Of a stretch of 40,952 nucleotides of DNA, positions 25,918 to 35,396 are shown piece after piece. The position numbers and the translations under genes were made by a program. The stretch is from a virus. Lineage: Duplodnaviria > Caudoviricetes. The notes under the pieces are model-generated. The model searched no databases and was not told the origin of the DNA. It saw nothing but the letters and a program-made list of their open reading frames with translations. How positions within the stretch are numbered: position 1 is the stretch's first letter; every line of letters begins with the position of its first letter. Where the stretch lies: the IMG/VR virus record IMGVR_UViG_3300035141_000004, positions 1-40,952 of that record. One strand, given 5' to 3'.

Positions 25918-27739
25918 CTATGGCAATGATATCGAAAAACTTCGAATTTTGTTTCTTACGGTATAGTATACGCGCTGGACACTTACCTTGCAAAGTGAAA
26001 TTTTCTATCGCCTCATCGATGCCGATTAGGTCTCGACCGAATCTGGAAATACACCACTCATGCCACTTGCTACGCATCCAAGAGCTATGAGACTCGGGCG
26101 CTAGCCATTGATACAGCGCGTGTGGTGACTCGTCTATCTCATACATCACCCTGAGCGTGTCTGGCTTGTCGCCCTTGCCGGGCCAGCGCTGCATGCCCCA
26201 GCCGGTTACCACTGAGTCCCTTGTCCTGTATGGATCTTTGGCGATTCGTGCGGCGATCTCTTTGAGCTTTTCATTCGGGTCGACGATCTCGGCCTTGCAA
26301 TTTCCGCAATATCTCGCAGCGATGTCGTTTTGCCCTCCACACTCTGGGCACTCCTTGTATGTCCACTGATATCCACATCGTACGTGGTGACCATCTATCA
26401 GTGACTCACCGGCACATCTGCGGCCTAGGTGGGCTGGCATGTCTCCATGGTCTGTCTTGATCCTTTGGCCTAGCGCGTCCAAAAAATACCCATGCTTATC
26501 TATTTCAAAGTGATCTGGATTCGGTCTTGGCGCCAGCTTATTGATATAGTGGCAGTGCGGGCACTCAGCTTCCAGTGGCTCTTGCTCTCCGGTAGCGCGC
26601 CTTGCCTTGATCTCTGGTGCGAAAACGTCTCCGTCGGGGCAATGCCGCGCGATATTCTCGGCATAGTCCAGGACAAGGCAGTCTAGCTTTCCTTCATCGA
26701 TCCTGAGGCCCCTGCCAAAGATCTGCTGCAAGAGGCTCACCGACTCCGTTGCTCGCAGGATAGCGATCACGTCGACGTGAGGCCAATCTATGCCGGTTGT
26801 TAATTTCCCTACATTAACAATATATTTAATTTCCTGTCGACCAAATGCTCTCATAACTCTATTTTCTTCTTTGGCTGACACAATTTTTTTATTGCTTACC
26901 ACCATGCCGCTCATGGTTGGATTCAGCGACTCCATCACCTCTTGAGCGTGCTGCACGGTCGAGGCAAATATCATCACTCCTTTTCGGTCTTTGCTATGAG
27001 CAACGATATCGGCAACGATGCCGGCAGTCTTGCGGCCGCGCCCCTCGAATGCCTCACTCACCGATCCAGACTGCCACTTACCAGACGCCATCATGACCAG
27101 CCCGCTAGTGTCGTAGTGCTGCTCTGGCGTCTCCATCACTGGCGGGGTGAGGTATCCCTCGTCGATCAGGAGTCTGGCCGGGATGTCATACACGAGCGTG
27201 TGGAAATACGGGTCTCTGGTCTGTCCTTCTTGGACGAGACCGTCCTCGTAGTGGTGACCATATATGTATCCATCACCAAGTCGGTATGGCGTGGCTGATA
27301 ACCCGATCACTCGCAGATGCGGACTGCTTTGCCTCATGTGGTCGATGATGCCCTTGATGGTGGGCGTGATACCATGAGCCTCATCGATGATCACGGCCGC
27401 GTACCCGGTTGAAAATCGCAGCTTGTTATTATCGACCGTGAGCGGAGACCCAAAGACGACTGGGTATTGTGTCTCCTTGCGCCCGCCGCTGGCCGAAAAA
27501 ATCGATGCCGGGTTTCCTGTCAGCAAATACTTTTCATAGTCCTGCTTTACAAGCTCTCCGGATGGCGCCAGGACAAGTATCCTTTTGCCCGATATCTTGT
27601 GTATGCGGTCTGCTATATCAGCGATGATGTACGACTTGCCGGCACCAGTAGGTGCACCTACCACGCACGGATCGATGCACTTTTTTATCCAGTCTATGGC
27701 CGCGTCTGCTGCGTCTTGTTGGTATGGGCGGAGCTTCAT
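25910..27739 (-). CDS. Superfamily 2 (DEAH) helicase with C-terminal Zn fingers
   Basis: LRPYQ, PTGAGKS, IIDEAH, LSATP, LTTG.D, Q..GRGLR, CPHC/CPECG. Confidence 0.95.
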   Translation of the reverse strand: MKLRPYQQDAADAAIDWIKKCIDPCVVGAPTGAGKSYIIADIADRIHKISGKRILVLAPSGELVKQDYEKYLLTGNPASIFSASGGRKETQYPVVFGSPLTVDNNKLRFSTGYAAVIIDEAHGITPTIKGIIDHMRQSSPHLRVIGLSATPYRLGDGYIYGHHYEDGLVQEGQTRDPYFHTLVYDIPARLLIDEGYLTPPVMETPEQHYDTSGLVMMASGKWQSGSVSEAFEGRGRKTAGIVADIVAHSKDRKGVMIFASTVQHAQEVMESLNPTMSGMVVSNKKIVSAKEENRVMRAFGRQEIKYIVNVGKLTTGIDWPHVDVIAILRATESVSLLQQIFGRGLRIDEGKLDCLVLDYAENIARHCPDGDVFAPEIKARRATGEQEPLEAECPHCHYINKLAPRPNPDHFEIDKHGYFLDALGQRIKTDHGDMPAHLGRRCAGESLIDGHHVRCGYQWTYKECPECGGQNDIAARYCGNCKAEIVDPNEKLKEIAARIAKDPYRTRDSVVTGWGMQRWPGKGDKPDTLRVMYEIDESPHALYQWLAPESHSSWMRSKWHEWCISRFGRDLIGIDEAIENFTLQGKCPARILYRKKQNSKFFDIIAIGD

Positions 27740-27990
27740 TCCTTCGTCATCTCAATCAGCTCGCCGAGTATGCGCTTAAGCTGGCGCTCTGCACTATCAA
27801 ATTCAAGATAGACTGTCTTCCAGTATGGCGCGGTACTGCCGCGCTTCCATCCATCTGGATAAACGCGCACTTCCAGCGCGTTGATGTGCGGCGAGTAATC
27901 GGCAAAAACGCTAAACCCATCGTGGCTATGCACGACCGCAAATCGCATAATGTCAGTGGCAAGCCTGATCAACTCAATATTGTTTCTCAT
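27736..27990 (-). CDS. Hypothetical protein
   Basis: ATGA-coupled within operon. Confidence 0.65.
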   Translation of the reverse strand: MRNNIELIRLATDIMRFAVVHSHDGFSVFADYSPHINALEVRVYPDGWKRGSTAPYWKTVYLEFDSAERQLKRILGELIEMTKE

Positions 27991-28172
27991 ATCGATGCCC
28001 TCTTGGCGGCTTTCACCGTGTCCTCGATAAGGTCGATGACCTTCTTGTCAAATACGTTTTTTTCGTACTTGAATACAGCAAGCTCTGCCGCGCGCGTTGC
28101 TATCAAGTAATCAACCCCGGCCTCCTTGCATAGCTCCATCACTCTTGCGTATATCAGTAGCTTTGGGGTCAT
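27987..28172 (-). CDS. Hypothetical protein
   Basis: ATGA-coupled on both sides. Confidence 0.65.
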   Translation of the reverse strand: MTPKLLIYARVMELCKEAGVDYLIATRAAELAVFKYEKNVFDKKVIDLIEDTVKAAKRASI

Positions 28173-28513
28173 GGTTGCGCCCTCTGCTCGTGCATGGCGT
28201 TTTGTTTCTCGATATATTCGCTACACGGATCATCGTCACCGTCGGCGCAAAATGCGTATCTTGTCTTTATTGTAGATCCGGCGACATAACACACGCTGGC
28301 AAATCTATGTGGATACGCGCCTCCACAGCCGCACTCAAACCAAAACTTGCCGCCGTCTTCAGTTACCAGGTCGCGCATAAAGGTCTGGTTTTGATGCTCG
28401 CGCTTTACTGATGCGCCTTGAACTTCGTCGAACCAGAACTCGACTATGTCTCCGACATGAATTGGTGTCCCGTAATGGTCGTCATGACCAATGTATTTGC
28501 GCTCAGTCGTCAT
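28169..28513 (-). CDS. YopX-like hypothetical protein
   Basis: YIG.DD.YGT.I..GDIV resembles the YopX-family motif. Confidence 0.5.
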   Translation of the reverse strand: MTTERKYIGHDDHYGTPIHVGDIVEFWFDEVQGASVKREHQNQTFMRDLVTEDGGKFWFECGCGGAYPHRFASVCYVAGSTIKTRYAFCADGDDDPCSEYIEKQNAMHEQRAQP

Positions 28514-29378
28514 CTTTTTTTGACTCCTCAAATAGCGCCTTATACTCAAGGCTTGTGTATGTATCTTTCGCTGGATGCTTGTATCCTTCCGGCCCGTGCA
28601 CGAAATCGCCGTAGTCAATCGCGAGCGCTTCCGAGTTGGCTGATTGGATCTCACACCCTAATGATAACATAAACGCAGGGTGAATCAAGTGCCGGCCACA
28701 ACTTTTATTCCCGAAAGCACATTCAAATTTCCCGTCGACCACAGACACATTGGCACAGGTCTTGCAGTGTATTTCAGGGATGTCGCCGAACTTGCAAAAG
28801 TCGCGATACTCACACATATTGCAGCGCCAGTCATCCTCGGCTGGAGGCATGTCCTCTGACTCGATGACGTGGTGGATCTCGTCGTATCGTAGCTGGGCGA
28901 GCTGGTCGTCGTATTCAATGGCCAGCTCCACCAGCTCCGATGTATCCTTGTTCAGTATGCAGTAGTGAGTCTCTGTGACCTGGCCGATGTCATCTATCTG
29001 TCCAGACAGTAGCATATATATCTGTACCTGCGACATATAATAATCAGGTATGCCTTTCTTGACCATCTCCTTGTATCGGCGAGTGTTGGCGGTCTTCAGC
29101 TCAAGCAGCTTTACTGCACCACCATCTGGACACGTGACAATTCCGTCGATGTGGCCCATTACCTGTCCCAACTGTCCTTTCAGCTCATACTCGCGATGCG
29201 ATATCTTGTATCCTCGCCCTTCCAGGTCTGCTATTATCACGTCTTCGCACGCATGGCCAATACCAAATGTGCGCAGTTGCTCTGGAGTGTAAACGCGCTG
29301 AAATGCCTGGCGAAAAGACAGCCACATTTTTCGATGGCAATGGCTCCAGGCTGAGGCACCTAAATAGTCTCTTGGCAT
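28503..29378 (-). CDS. Cas4-like PD-(D/E)XK exonuclease
   Basis: YLGAS...C.RK.W, G...E, GHIDG, LLELKT, QVQIYM, C..C.Y...C, C.TC. Confidence 0.88.
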   Translation of the reverse strand: MPRDYLGASAWSHCHRKMWLSFRQAFQRVYTPEQLRTFGIGHACEDVIIADLEGRGYKISHREYELKGQLGQVMGHIDGIVTCPDGGAVKLLELKTANTRRYKEMVKKGIPDYYMSQVQIYMLLSGQIDDIGQVTETHYCILNKDTSELVELAIEYDDQLAQLRYDEIHHVIESEDMPPAEDDWRCNMCEYRDFCKFGDIPEIHCKTCANVSVVDGKFECAFGNKSCGRHLIHPAFMLSLGCEIQSANSEALAIDYGDFVHGPEGYKHPAKDTYTSLEYKALFEESKKDDD

Positions 29379-29391
29379 GGTTTATTCCTTT

Positions 29392-29409
29392 CCGGGGCTT
29401 GCGCCCCGG
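29392..29409 (-). promoter_or_regulatory. GC hairpin with GCAA loop between SSB-like and exonuclease genes
   Basis: CCGGGGC-GCAA-GCCCCGG on - strand. Confidence 0.5.
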
Positions 29410-29425
29410 TTGAATTGTCGGCTAC

Positions 29426-29977
29426 TTAAAAGGGGATATCATCATCAAAACTGTTACTGGACTGCGGCGTTTCGACCGGCTTGGTCTGTGCTTGCCGTTG
29501 TGGCGCTGGCTTTGTTGATCCGGATAGCGCGCCGAGTTTGCCATACCCAGACACCCAGTTATTCTTGGTTTTTTCTCCTGTCTCTCTGTCTTTGAATGTC
29601 AATAATAAAACCCTGATTTCTAACGGCTTGTTTATGACACACTGCAAGTCCATGTCTGTTGGCTCGGCTTGTGCTTTGCTAAGCTGACCGCCTGACAGGC
29701 CATCCAGCACAGCAAGCTTGTCAAGCGCTGTATCTTTTTGCTTGTCGGTGCCGTACACGCGCAGCTTATCGAACTGAACGCGCCCTTTATATTGACCATC
29801 TACCACATCATGCCTGACGTTAATATAGCGCTCACCACCCCAGGTTGTCCACTTGATTTCTGATATCACCACAGTCAGCACGGTTTTATCGGGGAATGGC
29901 TCGAATCCGCCGCCATTAGATTCAAAGCTGTCTTGTGGCGTTACTGCTTCGCCATTTGATTTTTGCCAAAAGCTCAT
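29426..29977 (-). CDS. Single-stranded DNA-binding protein (DUF669-like)
   Basis: GGFEP.P, V.DGQYKGR..F; acidic tail FDDDIPF; follows Sak4-like gene. Confidence 0.8.
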   Translation of the reverse strand: MSFWQKSNGEAVTPQDSFESNGGGFEPFPDKTVLTVVISEIKWTTWGGERYINVRHDVVDGQYKGRVQFDKLRVYGTDKQKDTALDKLAVLDGLSGGQLSKAQAEPTDMDLQCVINKPLEIRVLLLTFKDRETGEKTKNNWVSGYGKLGALSGSTKPAPQRQAQTKPVETPQSSNSFDDDIPF

Positions 29978-29996
29978 GATTTAATTTCCTCTTTGC

Positions 29997-30758
29997 TTAC
30001 TGTTGCAATGATGGTATGTAGTCGACCAGCGGATTGACGCCCAGCTCAACCGGGATATCCTCAGTGATTCCATATCGATTTTTTGAGATGTTGGTAGCCG
30101 TGGTGTATGTGGTCATGATCCTGCGGCCTGATGATATGGCCTTTTTGCGGCTATCATCATCGCCCTGGACAAAAGTCTCAAGCTTAATGTACCCAACAAG
30201 GTCTACATTATCCACGTACGGACTGATCGAGCGTTTATTCAGGCGCAGATCATAGCGTGTGTACGGGTCTTGATCTGGCGGCTCAATCGTCACGGTGTCA
30301 GAGTGCGCGATAAATATCACGTGCATCCCGCGCATATCACGCAGCATGCCACATGCCTTGCGTAGTCTTGCGTGCATCTGGCCAAGCGCCTGTAATCCTG
30401 CGCCATATCCACCCAGCGCCTGGTTGATCGATCGTGGCTTTTTGGGGTCGCTATCAATTATATGCTGACAGAAGAGCTGATCTAGCTGGGTGACAGTGTC
30501 GGTGACCAGAGTCTTATACTGGTGCTCCTCTTGGATAAGAGCCGTCATCTGCTCCCATAGGTCATCTGGCGATGTCAGGACAGGTAGCGCATCCGGTCTC
30601 TTGTCGTGTGGTATGGCGGCAAGTCCGTCCTCGGCACGAATAAAAATCGCATCTGGGAAGGTTGCTGCCGTGCTGGTCTTGCCTATGCCGGCATCGCCAG
30701 TAATAGTGCCTATCATCGGAAGGTCTGCTGGCTTTGTGATCTTGTCTAATATGCTCAT
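29997..30758 (-). CDS. Sak4-like AAA ATPase/ssDNA annealing protein
   Basis: GDAGIGKTS, EDG, YKTLV.DT, GGYGAG, IAHS, KNRY. Confidence 0.85.
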   Translation of the reverse strand: MSILDKITKPADLPMIGTITGDAGIGKTSTAATFPDAIFIRAEDGLAAIPHDKRPDALPVLTSPDDLWEQMTALIQEEHQYKTLVTDTVTQLDQLFCQHIIDSDPKKPRSINQALGGYGAGLQALGQMHARLRKACGMLRDMRGMHVIFIAHSDTVTIEPPDQDPYTRYDLRLNKRSISPYVDNVDLVGYIKLETFVQGDDDSRKKAISSGRRIMTTYTTATNISKNRYGITEDIPVELGVNPLVDYIPSLQQ

Positions 30759-30761
30759 GCT

Positions 30762-30956
30762 TTAATTTCCTCTTTGGTTGATCGCGAGTGTCTCCAGCTC
30801 TTCGATGCGATATGCCATAGCGAGCACAAGGTTGTCCCCCGTAAGGTCCCGCCATTCTTCGCCATACCGTAACGCTTTCAGTCCGCCGCCGCTCGGTAAA
30901 ATCACTGTGTATTTTCCATCTGCGACTGATACGGACAACTCGATGTCTGTGGTCAT
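30762..30956 (-). CDS. Small phage hypothetical protein
   Basis: DGKYTVI..GG.LKALRYGEEWRDLTGDNLV; good RBS. Confidence 0.7.
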   Translation of the reverse strand: MTTDIELSVSVADGKYTVILPSGGGLKALRYGEEWRDLTGDNLVLAMAYRIEELETLAINQRGN

Positions 30957-30968
30957 TTTGTGTGTTTC

Positions 30969-31154
30969 CTATCTGTCTTTTGGTTTGGTTGATGTTGGCT
31001 TGGTACTACACGCAGCCTTGAGTGCCCGCACCTGTCGGCCGTTTGGCGTCTCAAGTATCCAATACGGACCGATCTCGCCGACGATCTTGCCGATAAATGG
31101 CGATGGCGGCGCATTGTGTGGTCGGTAGTATGATGTGACGTATGAGCCTATCAT
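30969..31154 (-). CDS. Hypothetical protein
   Basis: ATGA-coupled ORF. Confidence 0.55.
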   Translation of the reverse strand: MIGSYVTSYYRPHNAPPSPFIGKIVGEIGPYWILETPNGRQVRALKAACSTKPTSTKPKDR

Positions 31155-31345
31155 TTCGGCAAATCCTCATACATCATGATCGAGTCATCATTGCACAAAC
31201 GAGCATAAAATTCCACCTCATCAACGGGGAAGTAGCTCTCGCTGTGTGTACCCTTGTTGATCACATGATCCGCCAGCCTAAGAAGACACCCCTCAAGAAT
31301 CCTGATTCGCGTCTTCAGTGCGTCGATTTCTTTTGTTTCGTTCAT
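31151..31345 (-). CDS. Hypothetical protein
   Basis: Tightly packed ORF in operon. Confidence 0.6.
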   Translation of the reverse strand: MNETKEIDALKTRIRILEGCLLRLADHVINKGTHSESYFPVDEVEFYARLCNDDSIMMYEDLPK

Positions 31346-31346
31346 G

Positions 31347-31532
31347 TTAGTATATTGCCCATGTGTCTAGTTCGTAGTCGTATTTATGTAGGCGCAGGAT
31401 TCTGAGCGCGACCATTTCGCGAAAGTCTTTATAGACACGCTCGCGTATTAGCATGCGGTTATATGTGTCATTCTCGCGCTCATGCTTCAGCATGTATTCA
31501 AGTATAGATTCGTTCATATCAGTATACCTCAT
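31347..31532 (-). CDS. Hypothetical protein (paralogue of 31843-32019)
   Basis: LEYMLKHERENDTYN...TWAIY. Confidence 0.7.
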   Translation of the reverse strand: MRYTDMNESILEYMLKHERENDTYNRMLIRERVYKDFREMVALRILRLHKYDYELDTWAIY

Positions 31533-31586
31533 TATATTTCAAATTCACAAAACTCAGCGACCATAGATTGGTTCTCTTCATCTGCT

Positions 31587-31841
31587 TTATGCGCTTATCG
31601 GCTTCGCATGTGACGCTGCCAGATTTGCGTTTGCAATGGCATCCTCCAGTGTCATGCCACGCCCAATCACATACAAAGGTGGACCGTCGTCACTCTCCTT
31701 TTCTTCCTCTGCCATTTTGTGCCACCTTACCTTCTCTGCTGGATCGCGCACAAACGTCACAATTCCAGTTGCATTGTCTTTCCCTCCAGCCTGCACTGAA
31801 AAATCCGCACTTTGTAATCTCCAACCTTCTGCTATATTCAT
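31587..31841 (-). CDS. Hypothetical protein
   Basis: Start MNIAEGWRLQSADFS just after upstream stop. Confidence 0.65.
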   Translation of the reverse strand: MNIAEGWRLQSADFSVQAGGKDNATGIVTFVRDPAEKVRWHKMAEEEKESDDGPPLYVIGRGMTLEDAIANANLAASHAKPISA

Positions 31842-31842
31842 A

Positions 31843-32019
31843 TCAATACACCGCCCAACTCTTGGTTTCGGTCTTGTGGTGGTGGTGATGACTGATCCGT
31901 GTTCGTACCATATCCGTATACGTTGCATACGCGCGGTGCGCCACCAGAAATGTGTTATGTTTGTCATTCTCACGCTCAAATGTGAGCATATACTCAAGCG
32001 TCTTTTGGTCAGGCATCAT
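31843..32019 (-). CDS. Hypothetical protein (paralogue of 31347-31532)
   Basis: LEYMLTFERENDKHN...SWAVY; AAGGAG RBS. Confidence 0.7.
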   Translation of the reverse strand: MMPDQKTLEYMLTFERENDKHNTFLVAHRAYATYTDMVRTRISHHHHHKTETKSWAVY

Positions 32020-32188
32020 CCCACTCCTTGCTTGGCATCCGAAGATACACTTTAATATCCTCGACGGCAAGTACCATCTTGCTAAATCTCGCCACCTCTG
32101 GGTGTGGCAGCTCGCCAAGCAGGCAGTGGTATCGGCCGCTGTCGATTTGTGCTTTGATGTATTCGTCGTTTTGTTTGACTCGTGTCAT
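32009..32188 (-). CDS. Hypothetical 59-aa protein; not in ORF track
   Basis: MTRVKQNDEYIKAQIDSGRYHCLLGELPHPEV...; AGGA RBS; fills the gap. Confidence 0.55.
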   Translation of the reverse strand: MTRVKQNDEYIKAQIDSGRYHCLLGELPHPEVARFSKMVLAVEDIKVYLRMPSKEWDDA

Positions 32189-32238
32189 GCTTTTGTTTCC
32201 TGTGCTGTGATTGATGTACTATATGCTATTGCTGTGAT

Positions 32239-34239
32239 CTATTCATCTTGCCTATCATATGTGATGGCTATATCGCTACCTTCGATTATTGCTATTGCTT
32301 TGTCTTTAAGGCCACTCACGGCCCTGCTATATGATCTTCGCTTTGCTTCTATGCTTTTGCTCTGTATGCTATGGTGGGCAAAGAATGCCCGCTTTAACTT
32401 TTCACTTTCAATAAATCCATTGTATCCTAGTTCTCGGTACGTGTCAACAATTATTTTTTCGTCTGGTTTGAGCTGTGATGCACCTCTGACCATCTCGCCA
32501 AAGGTGGCGGATCTAGCTACCAAGCTCTGAACTGGTCGGCCCTTGTAGTCTTTTGCGCCTGATATCTCGACCTTATCAAAAGTAATTGAGACGTCATTAA
32601 ATTTTTCTATGTCCTTTTGCTTCTCGCAGGTCATTCTGACAGTCGAGTCAACCCCGCCTACCAGCTTGATTTGAAAGTCGGTGTTGCCCTTGTAGGCACT
32701 AGACCCCCTCATCCCGCTATCCTCGTCCTTGCCGGTGTGATGGATAAGGATGGCGGAGCACTCAAACTCCTGCGCCAGTTTGGTGCAGTTCCTTGTCAAG
32801 GCGCTTGCGTCTTTGGTCGAGTTTTCATCCTCGCTATTACACTGCGCCAGCGTGTCGATGATGACGGCAGACACGCGCTGACCGGTTCGCTCGATCCATT
32901 GGCGAATTAGAGTCATGAGTTTGGTTGTGTCGCCGTCCTCGTTGAGCATGTACGGCTTTGGTAATACACGCAGCTCAGGAACCTTGGTCCTATTTTGCTC
33001 CTCCCATGCGCGCTTTCTGATCCGCATACCGCGCCCGCCCTCGGCGCTGACATATATCACTGTCGAGCGATCGCCCGGCGTGCCGTGCTCAAAGCTGTGC
33101 CAACTGCGACCAGACGCAAGACACATGCCAAAATCCAGCGCTACGAATGATTTTCCTACGCCGGACGGTCCGTAAAAAATACCGACAGATGATGATGGGA
33201 TAGCGTCGTCATATAGCCACGCTTGGCTGATGATCTTGGCAAACTCCTCGTCATCGTCTGCCAGCAATAGCTGCATGTCCTCTGATGGCTCGCTACATAT
33301 CGCAAGTAGTGGCGAGTCGTGCCCGACAAGGCACGCCAAGTCGTTAAAATCGGTGAGATCCTGAGGCGCATCCTGAGGCCACTCAGGGAGCGCTACCTCA
33401 CATCCGTGGCGGTCGGCCGCCTTGGTTGCTTTCGTGCGCCCTGGATTGCCCTCTGTCATCCTGTCATCGTCTCCGGCAATAATGATGCGCCAGTCAGTAT
33501 AGTTGGCGCGCATCTTGCTTGCAACTTTGTCCAGGTTACCATCATTGAGAGCAGCTATCACCTTTGCATAGGCGTTCGCTTTTGCCAATGATGCGCCCGT
33601 TGCAAAGCCGGTTGAAATAATCAGTGTTTTTTTATCTTCGTCGCCAATCTGGACCGGAATAAAGTTCCCAGATATTGCACCGTCGGCCAGGAATTTTTTT
33701 CTGCCATCAAGGTTGATCTGCTGCAGGCTGTGTAGTTTTCGATCCTCGTCGATCACCGGCAACAGAAGCGCGTTTGCGTTCGTGATGCGCGCAGTGTATG
33801 GATCTATCTGTTTGTGCGTCAGGTAGTCATGCGCTTCTGCCGGCGCAGCTTCTGACCACATGGACAGCGCAAGCTTGGCGGCGCTCTCTCGTGCGGCCTT
33901 GCGCTCTTCGTCACGGGCCTGCTTTGCCCTAGCGATGGCGGCCTTATCCTCGTCAGATAGAGCATCATACCCACCGCCTCCGGGCACCCAGGTATATTCT
34001 GCATCCGTCGTCCAGTCGCCGTACACGCCGCACTTCAGGTCGTCAAAAAGCAGGCACCACGCTGACCTATTTGCCTGGCCCTTACCTTGTGCCGGAAACC
34101 TCATAACACGGCCAGGCTCGATATAATCCGGCGGCTCAAACCCGGCATCAATCATAGCCGCCCGCATGGAGTCGCGCGGCGAGTCCGTGCTGACCGTCGG
34201 TTTTTTGACAGAGTCCCTTTGTGAGGTGAGCCAGCTCAT
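32239..34239 (-). CDS. Primase-helicase (TOPRIM + RecA-like AAA_25 helicase)
   Basis: YL..K.I, LQ.I..DG.KKF, GFATG.S, IIAGDDD, DFNDL; GPSGVGKS, IIDTL, IHH.GK, RGSS. Confidence 0.93.
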   Translation of the reverse strand: MSWLTSQRDSVKKPTVSTDSPRDSMRAAMIDAGFEPPDYIEPGRVMRFPAQGKGQANRSAWCLLFDDLKCGVYGDWTTDAEYTWVPGGGGYDALSDEDKAAIARAKQARDEERKAARESAAKLALSMWSEAAPAEAHDYLTHKQIDPYTARITNANALLLPVIDEDRKLHSLQQINLDGRKKFLADGAISGNFIPVQIGDEDKKTLIISTGFATGASLAKANAYAKVIAALNDGNLDKVASKMRANYTDWRIIIAGDDDRMTEGNPGRTKATKAADRHGCEVALPEWPQDAPQDLTDFNDLACLVGHDSPLLAICSEPSEDMQLLLADDDEEFAKIISQAWLYDDAIPSSSVGIFYGPSGVGKSFVALDFGMCLASGRSWHSFEHGTPGDRSTVIYVSAEGGRGMRIRKRAWEEQNRTKVPELRVLPKPYMLNEDGDTTKLMTLIRQWIERTGQRVSAVIIDTLAQCNSEDENSTKDASALTRNCTKLAQEFECSAILIHHTGKDEDSGMRGSSAYKGNTDFQIKLVGGVDSTVRMTCEKQKDIEKFNDVSITFDKVEISGAKDYKGRPVQSLVARSATFGEMVRGASQLKPDEKIIVDTYRELGYNGFIESEKLKRAFFAHHSIQSKSIEAKRRSYSRAVSGLKDKAIAIIEGSDIAITYDRQDE

Positions 34240-34244
34240 GCGTA

Positions 34245-34535
34245 TTATTTATTCCAGTGGTGACCAGGGTCTATCGGCATCCCTGATGCATCGCACCCAG
34301 ACACCTTGCCAGACCGCTCCTCGGCGGCCTTGATGCTATCATGGCACGATTTACACACGCCTTGCAAGTTATTTACATCCCAAAACAGCTTGGGATTGCC
34401 CTTGTGTGGTATGATATGGTCTACCGTGTCTGACGCTGTGACCTTGCCCATCCGCTCACATATCTTGCATAGCGGCTGCTGCGCCAGTATCTTTAGGCGC
34501 AACTTACGCCAGCGGCTGGTGTTGTAGAGTCTCAT
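34245..34535 (-). CDS. HNH endonuclease (HK97 gp74-like)
   Basis: Y...RW..LR..L..QPLC..C, VDHIIPHKG...FWD..NLQ..C..CH. Confidence 0.92.
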   Translation of the reverse strand: MRLYNTSRWRKLRLKILAQQPLCKICERMGKVTASDTVDHIIPHKGNPKLFWDVNNLQGVCKSCHDSIKAAEERSGKVSGCDASGMPIDPGHHWNK

Positions 34536-34546
34536 TTAATGTGTTC

Positions 34547-34750
34547 CTAATCTATTTTTACTCCGATTGTGCCTGGTCTTGAGGTCCAGTGCGCGTATGC
34601 AGATACATTCTGCGCCTCCACGGTGTCGATGCTTGTCGTTATCCATGAACCTGAGCTATCGTGCGCCCAGTCCTCGATTTCAACGCTCACATAGATGATG
34701 GCATCATCTGCATAGTCTTTTAGTGCTTCTATTAGTTCGGATTTTGTCAT
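34547..34750 (-). CDS. Hypothetical protein
   Basis: MTK.ELIE.LK.Y..DA start typical of small phage proteins. Confidence 0.65.
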   Translation of the reverse strand: MTKSELIEALKDYADDAIIYVSVEIEDWAHDSSGSWITTSIDTVEAQNVSAYAHWTSRPGTIGVKID

Positions 34751-34753
34751 GTC

Positions 34754-35128
34754 TCATGTCACCTCTTGCGTATGCTCGCCATCATCTTGGCTTTCGAAAT
34801 GGCGATCAGGGTGGGTGTCGGTGACATATATCACGCGACAGATATTCATCGCGTCGATGATATGCTCCATGTTGTGCGTCTCCTGGTATAGATCGAGGCG
34901 ACGCTTGATCGATGCAACATTGTCATACTGTTTCTTAGAGTGCCTTTGCGCAGCAAGGTCGCCATATCGAAAGTGGCCCATGCCAAGGCGCTGGTCACCT
35001 TTCTCCTGCGCCTCCTTAAGCAAAGGATGTGCCAAGATCTGCTCATAGGTCTCGGTCTTGTCGCCAACCGGCGTGGTGATCACGTCGGATAACAGGTGGT
35101 CGCGGATGTGGTCTGATATGGATTTCAT
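34754..35128 (-). CDS. Hypothetical protein (possibly helical nucleotide pyrophosphohydrolase-like)
   Basis: RL.MG.FRYG...SI..RL..Y..T.N.EH.ID.MN. Confidence 0.6.
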   Translation of the reverse strand: MKSISDHIRDHLLSDVITTPVGDKTETYEQILAHPLLKEAQEKGDQRLGMGHFRYGDLAAQRHSKKQYDNVASIKRRLDLYQETHNMEHIIDAMNICRVIYVTDTHPDRHFESQDDGEHTQEVT

Positions 35129-35134
35129 TGCATA

Positions 35135-35374
35135 CTACCCATTAAAACTCATCTTGCCGCCAAACCGATCAAACAAAATATTGTGGAAATCCTCGCCTGT
35201 CTCAGCAAGCACGGCTGGGTTTGAGCTTGCCCAGGTGCCTTTGCCGTCAAGACCGAGGCCGATCCAGCACTCACCAAAATCAAAGGTCTTTTTTCCAACG
35301 ACAATAGCTGGCCGCCCAACCGAACAACAACATACTTTTCCAACTAAGTCTTCATTCGCTTCTGACATTCTCAT
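35135..35374 (-). CDS. Hypothetical protein
   Basis: ORF with GAGG RBS. Confidence 0.65.
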   Translation of the reverse strand: MRMSEANEDLVGKVCCCSVGRPAIVVGKKTFDFGECWIGLGLDGKGTWASSNPAVLAETGEDFHNILFDRFGGKMSFNG

Positions 35375-35396
35375 AAGATTTTACCTCTTTGTTAAA

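Noticed and set aside
28503-29378. CRISPR-Cas system or mini-array
   Set aside because: Cas4-like gene is solitary; no regularly spaced repeat-spacer array; repeats at 24.9-25.1 kb and 37-39 kb are RBS or promoter/terminator elements
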